Source of the DNA: Ignavibacteriota bacterium
GTDB taxonomy: Bacteria > Bacteroidota > Ignavibacteria > Palsa-1295
DNA length: 64,000 bases
Direction: 5' to 3'
Assembly (NCBI GenBank): GCA_963787835.1
Contig: CAWBEI010000002.1
Span: 1,312,001-1,376,000 of the forward strand
Position numbers and translations under genes: made by a program. This document shows, piece by piece, positions 63,922 through 64,000 of the stretch; the first letter of the stretch is position 1; each line of letters opens with the position of its first letter. The notes below the pieces were generated by a model, which worked only from the letters and a program-made list of their open reading frames with translations, was not told the DNA's origin and did not search any database.

Positions 63922-64000
63922 TACCAATAACGACCGGAGCGTGATTGCCGCTCCCGTTAAATAATGGTATGAGAACAAAGACACTTTTTATTCTATCTTG

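Overview
Chromosomal segment of a bacterium that is most likely from the Bacteroidota/Chlorobi/Ignavibacteria/Kapabacteria (FCB) lineage. This is inferred from four T9SS type-A C-terminal-domain proteins, TAnnTTTG-type promoters and the long L17 tail. Contents in order: the end of a MacAB-TolC-like efflux operon plus nfeD; a free-standing infA-rpmJ-rpsM-rpsK-rpsD-rpoA-rplQ operon divergent from topA; a ~13 kb surface-protein island (two giant Ig-like/cohesin-like T9SS cargo proteins, a PD40 + double-OmpA protein and a beta-barrel); tal/pgi; a translationally coupled 7-gene catabolic operon of unknown substrate (nitrilase, CUT1 ABC transporter, OSBS/NAAAR-like enolase, DHDPS-like aldolase, divergent DHOD-like flavoprotein); egtD, guaB, rodZ-like, an orphan histidine kinase, ligA, mfd; further T9SS cargo; kynureninase; a doubly frameshifted coaBC; ftsH; a PIN toxin-antitoxin pair; and housekeeping/membrane genes. 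No rRNA, tRNA, CRISPR array or transposase was seen. The most unusual signal is non-coding: at least five families of small palindromic or tandem repeat elements. They include inverted heptamer cassettes at gene junctions (one holding what looks like a deleted four-helix-bundle gene), nested palindromes, and three palindromes translated in frame inside coaBC. All calls come from reading the sequence by eye; no database searches were run.
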